A stretch of DNA of 32,000 nucleotides. Origin: an uncultured Alphaproteobacteria bacterium. Lineage in GTDB: Bacteria > Pseudomonadota > Alphaproteobacteria > Rs-D84. Positions 24,805 to 31,978 of this stretch are shown piece after piece. Under the pieces are notes generated by a model that worked only from the letters and a program-made list of their open reading frames with translations, searched no databases and was not told the DNA's origin. Location: assembly GCA_963931495.1 (NCBI GenBank), contig OZ007020.1:600001-632000 (forward strand). The letters run 5' to 3'. How positions within the stretch are numbered: position 1 is the first letter of the stretch; every line of letters begins with the position of its first letter. The translations under genes and the position numbers were made by a program.

Positions 24805-24833
24805 ATTATATTGGCTTTTTAATCCATTGGCAA
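24805..24833 (-). promoter_or_regulatory. near-consensus sigma70 promoter for the lipoprotein/Cys-rich operon
   Basis: Minus strand reads TTGCCA (24833-24828), a 17-nt spacer, then TATAAT (24810-24805). It starts 13 nt after the pfk stop codon. Confidence 0.5.
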
Positions 24834-24845
24834 GAATTTTTTCGT

Positions 24846-25931
24846 TCATTTTTCTGTGCCGATATAAATACCAAGATTTCGGGCAATTTGTAACAGTGAA
24901 TCATCCGGCGCAACAAATGCGTCAGATGTCATCACGTCTGGGATATTCGGATCCGCAGATACATAACCGGCATCAAAAAAATCGGACAGACTGACCGTCT
25001 TGCATTCACAGTCATTTATTGCCGTCATGACGTACGTTTCGTTGTTTTCAATTGCGTTTAATGCGCAATCCGCCATGCGGGTTGCCAATATTCGGTCGTT
25101 CGCTGTTGTGTCGCCAACACGTTGGGTGTGTTCCGGATATGCTGTGCGATTTATAATGCCAGACGCAGTTAATTTACGCGATATCATATCAGCCGGTCGG
25201 CCAGAATGTCCACGCAGCGATATTCCTTCGGATACCAAGATAATGCCATAATCTTGGTGCGATTTGTTTATGTGTGATACCAGTTCATTGACATCAAATT
25301 TTATTTCTGGAATCAATATCGCCGTTGCACCAATCGCAACCCCGGCATGTAACGCCAATTGACCGCAGTCGCGCCCCATTGTTTGTACAACAAACCAACG
25401 ATGATGACTGCGTGCAGTCAGCATTAATTGGTCGCAAAATGTTGTTAATTGTTGGACCGCAGTGTCAAATCCGATTGTGCGACAGGTCAGTGGGATGTCC
25501 ATGTCAATTGTTTTAGGAATGCAGATTAATTGAACGTCTTGATATATATCGCGATTACACCATGCCAAAGATATACTGCCGTTGCCACCGATTAAAACCA
25601 ATGCGTCCAATCCTAAATCGCGTAATGATTTTTTCAGGCGACGATTAAAATGTGCCAGTCGTCCAGATGTTGCCGCAGTTTCAAAATTCAGGGCCCCTGG
25701 ATGACCGTTGTGCAAAAAACTGCCCGCCATGCGTGCACATTCTGTGGGCAGTGTATCCCAGTCAAACTTTATAATTCGGGGGGGCGTTGTGCATAATCCG
25801 TCGGTACCATCTTGGATTCCGATTACCCGCCATCCGCGTATCATGGCACCACGAACCAGGCGATGTATCGCAGTGTTCAATCCAGAACAATCACCGCCTG
25901 TCGTCATAATTCCAATCGTTTTTGATTTCAT
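24846..25931 (-). CDS. pfk: 6-phosphofructokinase family protein (divergent; phosphoryl-donor specificity unclear)
   Basis: The first ATG with a PFK-like N-terminus gives MKSKTIGIMTTGGDCSGLN. Also present: LIGGNGS, IPKTIDMDI, VVQTMGRDCG and EHTQRVG. The ORF-track extension to 26039 is an AT-rich, non-PFK sequence. Confidence 0.85.
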   Translation of the reverse strand: MKSKTIGIMTTGGDCSGLNTAIHRLVRGAMIRGWRVIGIQDGTDGLCTTPPRIIKFDWDTLPTECARMAGSFLHNGHPGALNFETAATSGRLAHFNRRLKKSLRDLGLDALVLIGGNGSISLAWCNRDIYQDVQLICIPKTIDMDIPLTCRTIGFDTAVQQLTTFCDQLMLTARSHHRWFVVQTMGRDCGQLALHAGVAIGATAILIPEIKFDVNELVSHINKSHQDYGIILVSEGISLRGHSGRPADMISRKLTASGIINRTAYPEHTQRVGDTTANDRILATRMADCALNAIENNETYVMTAINDCECKTVSLSDFFDAGYVSADPNIPDVMTSDAFVAPDDSLLQIARNLGIYIGTEK

Positions 25932-26051
25932 ATTATTGTTCCTGTATTTTACCACGTTGATTATATCATAAATTAAATTGACAAAGAATATATTTTTGCA
26001 ATAATTTGTCCAAACCAAGATGTTAATTTTTACCACCAAGGATAATCCATT

Positions 26052-27236
26052 ATGTTCAAAAATAATAAATCAAATATTGGAAAAACAAAGCGTTCAACGG
26101 ATGATTTGATTGACAGTGCCGTGGCACAACAAAATGCGTGGTTGGAAAATCGCCGTACGTTTGCACGACGCTTTTTGAAGACATTGAATATTTTTGCACG
26201 CCCATCGCCAAAGAAAGATTCTGATACAGTCGTTTCAACAGTTGTATCAGACAGCAAAAATAAAAAGCGTGGCGGTGTGTTGCGGGCATATTGGTTCCCA
26301 TTACTGTGTGCACTGTTTGCTGTTTGTGTTTTAATATGGGGGCTGTTTATTCGTGATAATTCAGGGGTGACAGTTATCATGACGCCGTCTGTGCCAGAAC
26401 CAATTGTACAGCCGGTGAATGATACTGTGCCAGATGCGGTTGTTGAACAACCGACTGTGCCCATGTTTGATATCGTGCGTATTGAACCACGTGGAACAAT
26501 TGTCGTTGCAGGTCGCTGGATGGCGGACAAGAATATTTCTGTGGTTATAAATGGTGAAATCGCATCCACTGGACGTACGGATGCAAATGGCGAATTTGTA
26601 TATGCACCACGTAATCCATTGGATCCAGGTAACTATACAATTTCGTTAATCGGTATTGACCCAGAAACAAAATCAGAAGACAGTGTGTTTGTCTATATTT
26701 CTGATTTCGGATATAAAAATTCTGTTTCGTTGTTGATGACCCCAGATGGCAGCACATTATTACAGACACCAACAATGTTGGTTGATGGTGATTTGTCTGT
26801 TTCCAAAATAGATTATTTGGATACCGGACGCATCGTTGTAACCGGGGACGCATTGCCGCGTATGCGCGTATCTGTATCGTTGGATGGGAAATACGTCGGA
26901 TTCGCCCGTGTGTCTGATTATCGGCACTTTGGTTTGGGGGCAGATGTCGGCGAATTAACCCCAGGCACCGAATATGAATTGACTGTTCGTTTGCATGATG
27001 GTGATGGACGTACAATATCACAAATTACACGCCAATTTATTATGCCAGAAATGACCGGTGATGACGATACATATTACACGGTTCGTCGTGGTGATTGTTT
27101 GTGGGTTATCGCGCGTAACTTTCTGCGTCGTGGTGTTTTGTTCAGCATAATTGCAGAACGCAATAATATTGAAAATCCAGATTTGATTTTTCCAGAACAA
27201 AATTTGAAAATTCCAACGGGTGGGGAAAATAAGTAA
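26052..27236 (+). CDS. membrane-anchored LysM peptidoglycan-binding protein
   Basis: Basic N-terminus and a single TM segment WFPLLCALFAVCVLIWGLFI. There are repeated beta-rich segments (GEFVYAP...PGNYTISL; GTEYELTVRLHDGDG). C-terminal LysM: YYTVRRGDCLWVIARNF...IAERNNIENPDLIFPEQNLKIP. Confidence 0.8.
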   Translation: MFKNNKSNIGKTKRSTDDLIDSAVAQQNAWLENRRTFARRFLKTLNIFARPSPKKDSDTVVSTVVSDSKNKKRGGVLRAYWFPLLCALFAVCVLIWGLFIRDNSGVTVIMTPSVPEPIVQPVNDTVPDAVVEQPTVPMFDIVRIEPRGTIVVAGRWMADKNISVVINGEIASTGRTDANGEFVYAPRNPLDPGNYTISLIGIDPETKSEDSVFVYISDFGYKNSVSLLMTPDGSTLLQTPTMLVDGDLSVSKIDYLDTGRIVVTGDALPRMRVSVSLDGKYVGFARVSDYRHFGLGADVGELTPGTEYELTVRLHDGDGRTISQITRQFIMPEMTGDDDTYYTVRRGDCLWVIARNFLRRGVLFSIIAERNNIENPDLIFPEQNLKIPTGGENK

Positions 27237-27493
27237 TGAATGAAAAACGCCAAGAAAAGCAACAATTTTTTAAGCCAACTGTTAATTCGCAACAGATTGA
27301 GTTTGCAGAAATTGTTGCATTGGCGGAATCATTGATTCGGCGTGCTGATGCAATTGGCGCATTCGCAATAATGCGTCAGTTGGAACAGTTGCGTAAAAGT
27401 CTGATGGTGACAAACGTCAATAAAAAAATGATGCGTGTTGCAGGTGCAAAGTTGGAGAAACTGGAACATGAATTGAATCAGAAAATCAGATAA
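27236..27493 (+). CDS. small helical hypothetical protein (85 aa)
   Basis: TAATG overlap with the LysM gene stop, with the SD GGTGGGGA upstream. The sequence is heptad-like and charged (LEKLEHELNQKIR). No family recognised. Confidence 0.5.
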   Translation: MNEKRQEKQQFFKPTVNSQQIEFAEIVALAESLIRRADAIGAFAIMRQLEQLRKSLMVTNVNKKMMRVAGAKLEKLEHELNQKIR

Positions 27494-27503
27494 GGATACG
27501 ATA

Positions 27504-27995
27504 ATGAAAAACATATTTGGATATTTTGTTGGTATTTTACTGTTTTTGGTGTTTTTTCCAGTGCTGATGTACATTGTGGCCGTTAATTTTGTTTTGCCCA
27601 TAAATTCATTGATTGCCAGTGTGATTGGTATAATTTTGGGATTGATTGGTGTATTCTTTATGATTTGGTCAAATATAGATATGGTAAGAATTGGGCGCGG
27701 TTGCCCAACAGATGGATTTAATATCGCATTGGGCGAACGTACCAAGAAATTGATTGTCCAGGGACCGTATAAATACACGCGTAATCCGATGCTGTTTGGT
27801 ACATTCGTTTTTTACGTCGGATTGGCGTTGCTGTTTAATTCTTATTCTGCGTTGATTGTGCCAATTGTATTTATTTCATATATGGTGTGGCATGTAAAAA
27901 AATTTGAAGAACCCAGATTGTATAATGATTTTCAAGAAGAATATGCCGAATATAAAAAAAGAACACCGTTGTTATTTCCAAAATTAAAAAAATAA
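27504..27995 (+). CDS. ICMT/PEMT-family membrane methyltransferase (isoprenylcysteine carboxyl methyltransferase-like)
   Basis: Multi-TM protein with the family signature GPYKYTRNPMLFGTFVFYVG ... EEPRLYNDFQEEYAEYKKRTPLLFP. Confidence 0.8.
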   Translation: MKNIFGYFVGILLFLVFFPVLMYIVAVNFVLPINSLIASVIGIILGLIGVFFMIWSNIDMVRIGRGCPTDGFNIALGERTKKLIVQGPYKYTRNPMLFGTFVFYVGLALLFNSYSALIVPIVFISYMVWHVKKFEEPRLYNDFQEEYAEYKKRTPLLFPKLKK

Positions 27996-28022
27996 AACCG
28001 ACGCTGGGGTCGGCTTGATTTT

Positions 28023-28096
28023 TGGTGCGGGCGAAGGGAATCGAACCCTCGTCTTCAGCTTGGGAAGCTGACGTGCTGCCATTATACCACGCCCGC
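28023..28096 (-). tRNA. tRNA-Gly (anticodon CCC), CCA-encoded
   Basis: The reverse complement is GCGGGCGTGGTATAATGGCAGCACGTCAGCTTCCCAAGCTGAAGACGAGGGTTCGATTCCCTTCGCCCGCACCA. It has a 7-bp acceptor stem, an anticodon stem TCAGC/GCTGA with loop TTCCCAA, and a T-arm GGTTCGATTCC. Confidence 0.9.
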
Positions 28097-28106
28097 GATG
28101 TGCCTG

Positions 28107-28135
28107 ATTCTATAATATGTATAAAAAAATGTCCA
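28107..28135 (-). promoter_or_regulatory. sigma70-type promoter candidate for tRNA-Gly
   Basis: Minus strand reads TGGACA (28135-28130), a 17-nt spacer, then TAGAAT (28112-28107). The tRNA 5' end lies 10 nt downstream. Confidence 0.45.
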
Positions 28136-28211
28136 GTTTTTATTTGTTGTTGATTTTTTTGTGGCATGGGCCTAGGATTTATAACTGCTATACCAATAAA
28201 GGGAGTTTATT

Positions 28212-29465
28212 ATGGCAAATGAAAATATGAATCCGTTAATTGGTGCCCAGCAACGTGTTAAAGTCGCATGTGAAAAATTGGGCATGCCGGCGGATGTTTA
28301 TGAAATTCTGAAATATCCACAACGTATCATAGAGGTTTCAATCCCTGTTAAAATGGACGATGGTTCTGTTCGTACGTTCACAGGGTTCCGGGCCCAGCAT
28401 AATACCGCCATTGGCCCGTCCAAAGGTGGTGTGCGTTTCCATCCAAATGTGACGCGTGACGAAGTTGCAGCACTGTCAATATGGATGACGTTCAAATGTT
28501 CTGTGACCGGTATTCCATATGGTGGCGGCAAAGGTGGAATAATTGTTGACCCAAAAGAATTATCTGATGGTGAACTGGAACGTTTGTGTCGCGGATATGT
28601 TGATGCGATTTATCCGATTCTGGGTGAAAAGCGCGATGTGCCGGCGCCAGATGTTAATACCAATGGTCAAATTATGGCATGGATGATTGACGAATATATC
28701 AAATTATCTGGCGAATCATCATTTGGTACATTTACTGGCAAACCGGTTGAATTGGCGGGTTCCAAGGGACGCAATGCCGCAACTGGTTTGGGAATTTCCA
28801 TCATCATCGCCAAAGCGTTGGAAAAACAAGGTAAAGAAATGCGCGGTGCACGCATTGCCATCCAGGGATTTGGCAATGTCGGCAGTTTTACCGCAAAATG
28901 CAGCCATGATATGGGCGCGAAAATCGTTGCAATTGCAGAATGGAATACAATACTGTACAACGAAGACGGGCTGGATATTGATGCGCTGATGAAATTCAAG
29001 GCAGATAACAAAGGCAGCATCAAGGGATTTCCGGGGGCATCTGAAATCAGTACGGATGAATTCTGGGGTTTAGATGTTGATGTGTTGTCGCCGTGTGCGA
29101 TGGAAAATACAATCAACAAAGATACCGCACCACTGATTAAAACAAAGTTGGTCGTTGAAGGTGCAAATGGCCCAACAACACTGGATGGCGAAGAAATATT
29201 GTTGAAAAACGGTGTTACTGTTATCCCAGATATCCTGGCAAATGCCGGCGGTGTGACGGTTTCTTACTTTGAATGGGTTCAAAATCGCTATGGTTATTAC
29301 TGGGGCGAAAAAGAAGTAGAAGAAAAAGAAGAAATCGCCATGAAAGATGCATTTGATGCAATTTATAAGATCAAAGAAGAATATAATGTGTCAATGCGCG
29401 AAGCCGCGTACATGCATTCTATTAAGCGTGTGGCGGGCGCAATGAAACTGCGTGGATGGTATTAA
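28212..29465 (+). CDS. gdh: glutamate dehydrogenase (Glu/Leu/Phe/Val dehydrogenase family, ~417-aa RocG/archaeal-type)
   Basis: Active-site region GPSKGGVRFHP and IPYGGGKGGIIVDP, plus the Rossmann motif IQGFGNVGS. SD AAGGGAG. Confidence 0.95.
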   Translation: MANENMNPLIGAQQRVKVACEKLGMPADVYEILKYPQRIIEVSIPVKMDDGSVRTFTGFRAQHNTAIGPSKGGVRFHPNVTRDEVAALSIWMTFKCSVTGIPYGGGKGGIIVDPKELSDGELERLCRGYVDAIYPILGEKRDVPAPDVNTNGQIMAWMIDEYIKLSGESSFGTFTGKPVELAGSKGRNAATGLGISIIIAKALEKQGKEMRGARIAIQGFGNVGSFTAKCSHDMGAKIVAIAEWNTILYNEDGLDIDALMKFKADNKGSIKGFPGASEISTDEFWGLDVDVLSPCAMENTINKDTAPLIKTKLVVEGANGPTTLDGEEILLKNGVTVIPDILANAGGVTVSYFEWVQNRYGYYWGEKEVEEKEEIAMKDAFDAIYKIKEEYNVSMREAAYMHSIKRVAGAMKLRGWY

Positions 29466-29485
29466 GACGTATGTTTGGTGTAAAT

Positions 29486-29516
29486 AAAAATCCCCGTTTG
29501 GGGATTTTTATTTTTG
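29486..29516. terminator. bidirectional terminator between gdh (+) and lipoprotein gene (-)
   Basis: AAAAATCCCC-GTTT-GGGGATTTTTATTTTT. Confidence 0.7.
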
Positions 29517-29531
29517 TTTGTTTTGCCAGAA

Positions 29532-29945
29532 TTATTCGGAACAAACTTCAACCGCATAGAATTGATTATTGTTCATGTCATCCGCGGTGCCACAGAACAG
29601 ACGGAATCCGCATTTGTTTTCTGGTGTTCCCATCATTTGCATTGTGTTGTCTGGGATTATGTTCAACAGACATTTGCCTTCGGTAACATATTGTGCCGGA
29701 TTGTCAATTGACATAAATGCAACAGTTTGTTTTTTATTTGCAATTTCACGCAGAACTTCTGTTTCTGGCAATGCGATGACATAGTCGCCACTGGTCCCCA
29801 ATGCAACAATTTGTGTCACGCCGTTTGTGGCCGCATCCTGTTGGATTTCTGTTTGGATGGCATTAAAGTCTTCGGGTGTTGGTGCGGGGGCATCGCATGC
29901 CGCCAATGTCACAGCAGCCAAGGCAAATAAAGATAATTTTTTCAT
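29532..29945 (-). CDS. hypothetical lipoprotein (137 aa)
   Basis: MKKLSLFALAAVTLAAC/DAPAPTPE (lipobox LAAC), with 4 further Cys near the C-terminus. SD AAAGGAGAG. Confidence 0.65.
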   Translation of the reverse strand: MKKLSLFALAAVTLAACDAPAPTPEDFNAIQTEIQQDAATNGVTQIVALGTSGDYVIALPETEVLREIANKKQTVAFMSIDNPAQYVTEGKCLLNIIPDNTMQMMGTPENKCGFRLFCGTADDMNNNQFYAVEVCSE

Positions 29946-30003
29946 TTTGTGCTCTCCTTTTTACGGTTTACGTCCGAATTATATCATAAAAATTTATTAA
30001 ATG

Positions 30004-30032
30004 TTGACTTTTTTATTTTTTACTGCATAATA
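30004..30032 (+). promoter_or_regulatory. sigma70-type promoter candidate for rpsP operon
   Basis: TTGACT (30004-30009), a 16/17-nt spacer, then CATAAT/ATAATA (30026-30032). Confidence 0.4.
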
Positions 30033-30044
30033 TCCCGTGCAAAT

Positions 30045-30140
30045 CCCATAAAAGATTGCCATTGTTGTAAATCCAGTGCGCGGTGCGCATGGTGCATCAT
30101 CCGACGAGTATTCGTCCTTGATGGCGGTTTTCTTTGTGGG
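30045..30140 (+). promoter_or_regulatory. structured rpsP 5' leader (possible attenuator)
   Basis: CCCATAAA (30045-30052) can pair with TTTGTGGG (30133-30140), and GCCATT with GATGGC. There are internal hairpins (GACGA-GTAT-TCGTC). The 3' side runs into GGCGGTTTTCTTT. Confidence 0.3.
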
Positions 30141-30173
30141 CAAACAGTTATATGAAGTTTAAGGAGCAAAATT

Positions 30174-30644
30174 ATGGCAACTGTTATCAGATTGGCGCGT
30201 TTCGGTGCAAAAAAGCGTCCGTATTATCATGTCGTGGTTACAGATTCACGCAATGCGCGTAATTCTGGAAATATTTTGGCAACTGTGGGAAAATATAACC
30301 CGATGTTACCACGCGATAATGAAAATCGTGTTGTGTTGAATGTTGATGAGGTCAAGTCTTGGTTGGCCAAGGGTGCAAAACCATCAGATCGTGTATATCG
30401 CTTTTTGGCGAATGCCGGATTGGTTGCAGCGCGCGTTGTCCCGAACCAAACGAAAAAGAATCAACAGTCTGAAAAGACATTGATGAAAATCAAAGATAAA
30501 CAAGAAAAATTGGCAAAAATAGCCGAAGAAAAAGCAGCCGCCGAAGCAGCCGCCAAGGCCGCTGCCGAAGCGCCAGCCGAAGAATCGGCACCGGCCGCCG
30601 CAGAAGATGCGCCAGCCGAAGAATCTGCGCCAGTTGCGGAATAA
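30174..30644 (+). CDS. rpsP: 30S ribosomal protein S16 with Ala/Glu/Pro-rich C-terminal extension
   Basis: MATVIRLARFGAKKRPYYHVVVTDSRNARNSG. The tail contains an exact 17-nt direct repeat GCGCCAGCCGAAGAATC (30570-30586 and 30609-30625) encoding APAEES twice. Confidence 0.95.
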   Translation: MATVIRLARFGAKKRPYYHVVVTDSRNARNSGNILATVGKYNPMLPRDNENRVVLNVDEVKSWLAKGAKPSDRVYRFLANAGLVAARVVPNQTKKNQQSEKTLMKIKDKQEKLAKIAEEKAAAEAAAKAAAEAPAEESAPAAAEDAPAEESAPVAE

Positions 30645-30652
30645 TTTTGCGT

Positions 30653-30682
30653 ATGCCCGGGGGTAACCCGGGCATGGTTTTC
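30653..30682 (+). terminator. hairpin with short U-tract directly after rpsP (partial terminator/attenuator)
   Basis: ATGCCCGGG-GGTAA-CCCGGGCAT (9-bp GC-rich stem) followed by GGTTTTC. Confidence 0.5.
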
Positions 30683-30706
30683 TGTTGAATAAAGGATTGT
30701 GTCAAT

Positions 30707-30895
30707 ATGCCAAAATGTCCGGTGAATCCTGATATAGAATGTGAATATTCTTTTCGTGCGTGGGAATGTCGTCGTCAAATTGATTTTGCCGCCGCGCGTA
30801 ATTATGAATACTATATTTATGAAAATGACGGTTGCCCTGCTATGCCGGAATATTGCAGTCGTTTGTACAAATTAAAGAAACAGCAGCAGAGGTAG
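30707..30895 (+). CDS. small Cys-rich hypothetical protein (62 aa)
   Basis: MPKCPVNPDIECEYSFRAWECRR...DGCPAMPEYCSR, with 6 Cys. AAGGA upstream. Sits between rpsP and rimM. Confidence 0.45.
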   Translation: MPKCPVNPDIECEYSFRAWECRRQIDFAAARNYEYYIYENDGCPAMPEYCSRLYKLKKQQQR

Positions 30896-30898
30896 ACG

Positions 30899-31141
30899 AT
30901 GCCAAAGAATAACAATCTTTGTCCATATGATATACTCGGTTCGTTGGCGTGTGATATGATATATCGTGACCAAGAACTGTATCGGCAAATGGATGTGCAA
31001 TTGAAGTCAGGGGCAAAAATAAATATGTTTTTCAGTGCGGATTTATGCGCATGCGCGTGCAATTCGGAATTGTGTTCGCGGTATACAGAACATTTGATAC
31101 GTAATTTGCGAAACTGTAAGAATCATTCAAATGGCCGATAA
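30899..31141 (+). CDS. small Cys-rich hypothetical protein (80 aa)
   Basis: MPKNNNLCPYDILGSLAC...DLCACACNSELCSR..NC, with 7 Cys. Good SD AGAGG 6 nt upstream. Its 3' end overlaps the rimM start by 11 nt. Confidence 0.5.
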   Translation: MPKNNNLCPYDILGSLACDMIYRDQELYRQMDVQLKSGAKINMFFSADLCACACNSELCSRYTEHLIRNLRNCKNHSNGR

Positions 31142-31595
31142 TAAAAAAATCTTGGTTGGTAAAATTGTCGCACCCCAGGGAATCCGTGGCGAGTTGCGCG
31201 TGAATACATATACAGCAAATCCAACAGATATGCGCGATTTGCGTGTCATGTCGTCGCATTTTGCCGATGGTGCATTCCATTTTGTGCGCGTGGTTCCATC
31301 GTCGTCGGTTATCATTGCGCACGTTGATGGTGTAAATGATCGGAATGCGGCTGAATCATTGCGTGGTACAGAATTGTTTATAAATCGTGATGATTTGCCA
31401 CAACTTGGTCCGGGGGAATATTACCAGGCGGATTTGGTTGGTATGCGGGTCATGCGAAATGGCGCGCAAATTGGTGTGGTGGATAATGTACAAAACTATG
31501 GTGGCGGTGATATCCTGGAACTGGATAGTGGTGATTTGATTGCGTTTAACAGTGTTGATGTAGATACAGAAAATAAAACAATTTATATTCGGTGA
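31131..31595 (+). CDS. rimM: 16S rRNA processing protein RimM
   Basis: ILVGKIVAPQGIRGELRV, GVNDRNAAESLRGTELFI, and LPQLGPGEYYQADLVGMRV (PRC barrel). Confidence 0.9.
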   Translation: MADNKKILVGKIVAPQGIRGELRVNTYTANPTDMRDLRVMSSHFADGAFHFVRVVPSSSVIIAHVDGVNDRNAAESLRGTELFINRDDLPQLGPGEYYQADLVGMRVMRNGAQIGVVDNVQNYGGGDILELDSGDLIAFNSVDVDTENKTIYIR

Positions 31596-31978
31596 TGAAT
31601 ATGAAACAGAAAATGCAAGGTTTGCCAAGAACTTTTATATCGGAATCCGAGAATTTTATTTATGCGTATATTCCGAAATTGCCGGTTGTTTGCAAGGATG
31701 GCAGACGATATGCGTCGTGCGTATTTGTGTGCCCACAGTTTATGAATTATGATGTGGATAAATATGGACGGCGGATTATTCCGAATTATGCGGTTTGTCC
31801 GTATGCCACCGAATTGACGGGACGTCCGGGCCAATGCGATGGCAAACGTGTTTGTTTGAATGGCGAAATTATAAGTGCGCTGTACAGATATAATCCTGTG
31901 AAACAAATAGGTGTTCCGGTACATGAATGGCAAATGATTAAGGCGGATTTAGCAAAAAGGAATCAAAATGGCAGATAA
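31595..31978 (+). CDS. hypothetical Cys-containing protein (127 aa)
   Basis: The ATG at 31595 overlaps the rimM TGA (TGATG); a GTG at 31592 is an alternative. 7 Cys, including VCPYATELTGRPGQCDGKRVC. Ends ...RNQNGR, overlapping the next start by 11 nt. Confidence 0.5.
   Translation: MNMKQKMQGLPRTFISESENFIYAYIPKLPVVCKDGRRYASCVFVCPQFMNYDVDKYGRRIIPNYAVCPYATELTGRPGQCDGKRVCLNGEIISALYRYNPVKQIGVPVHEWQMIKADLAKRNQNGR

Noticed and set aside
26030-26569. 179-aa minus-strand ORF overlapping the pfk upstream region and the LysM gene 5' part
   Set aside because: It is antisense to a gene with a coherent TM-plus-LysM architecture, and the sequence has no recognisable features.
28023-28096. tRNA-Gly as an integration site for a genomic island
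   Set aside because: There is no integrase nearby and no direct repeat of the tRNA 3' end in the window. The flanking genes (ICMT operon, gdh) have ordinary composition.
30707-31141. Small Cys-rich ORFs as a toxin-antitoxin pair or RiPP precursors
   Set aside because: There is no adjacent maturation enzyme, transporter or recognisable toxin/antitoxin fold. The sequences give no leader/core organisation I can support. I kept them only as unexplained operon inserts.
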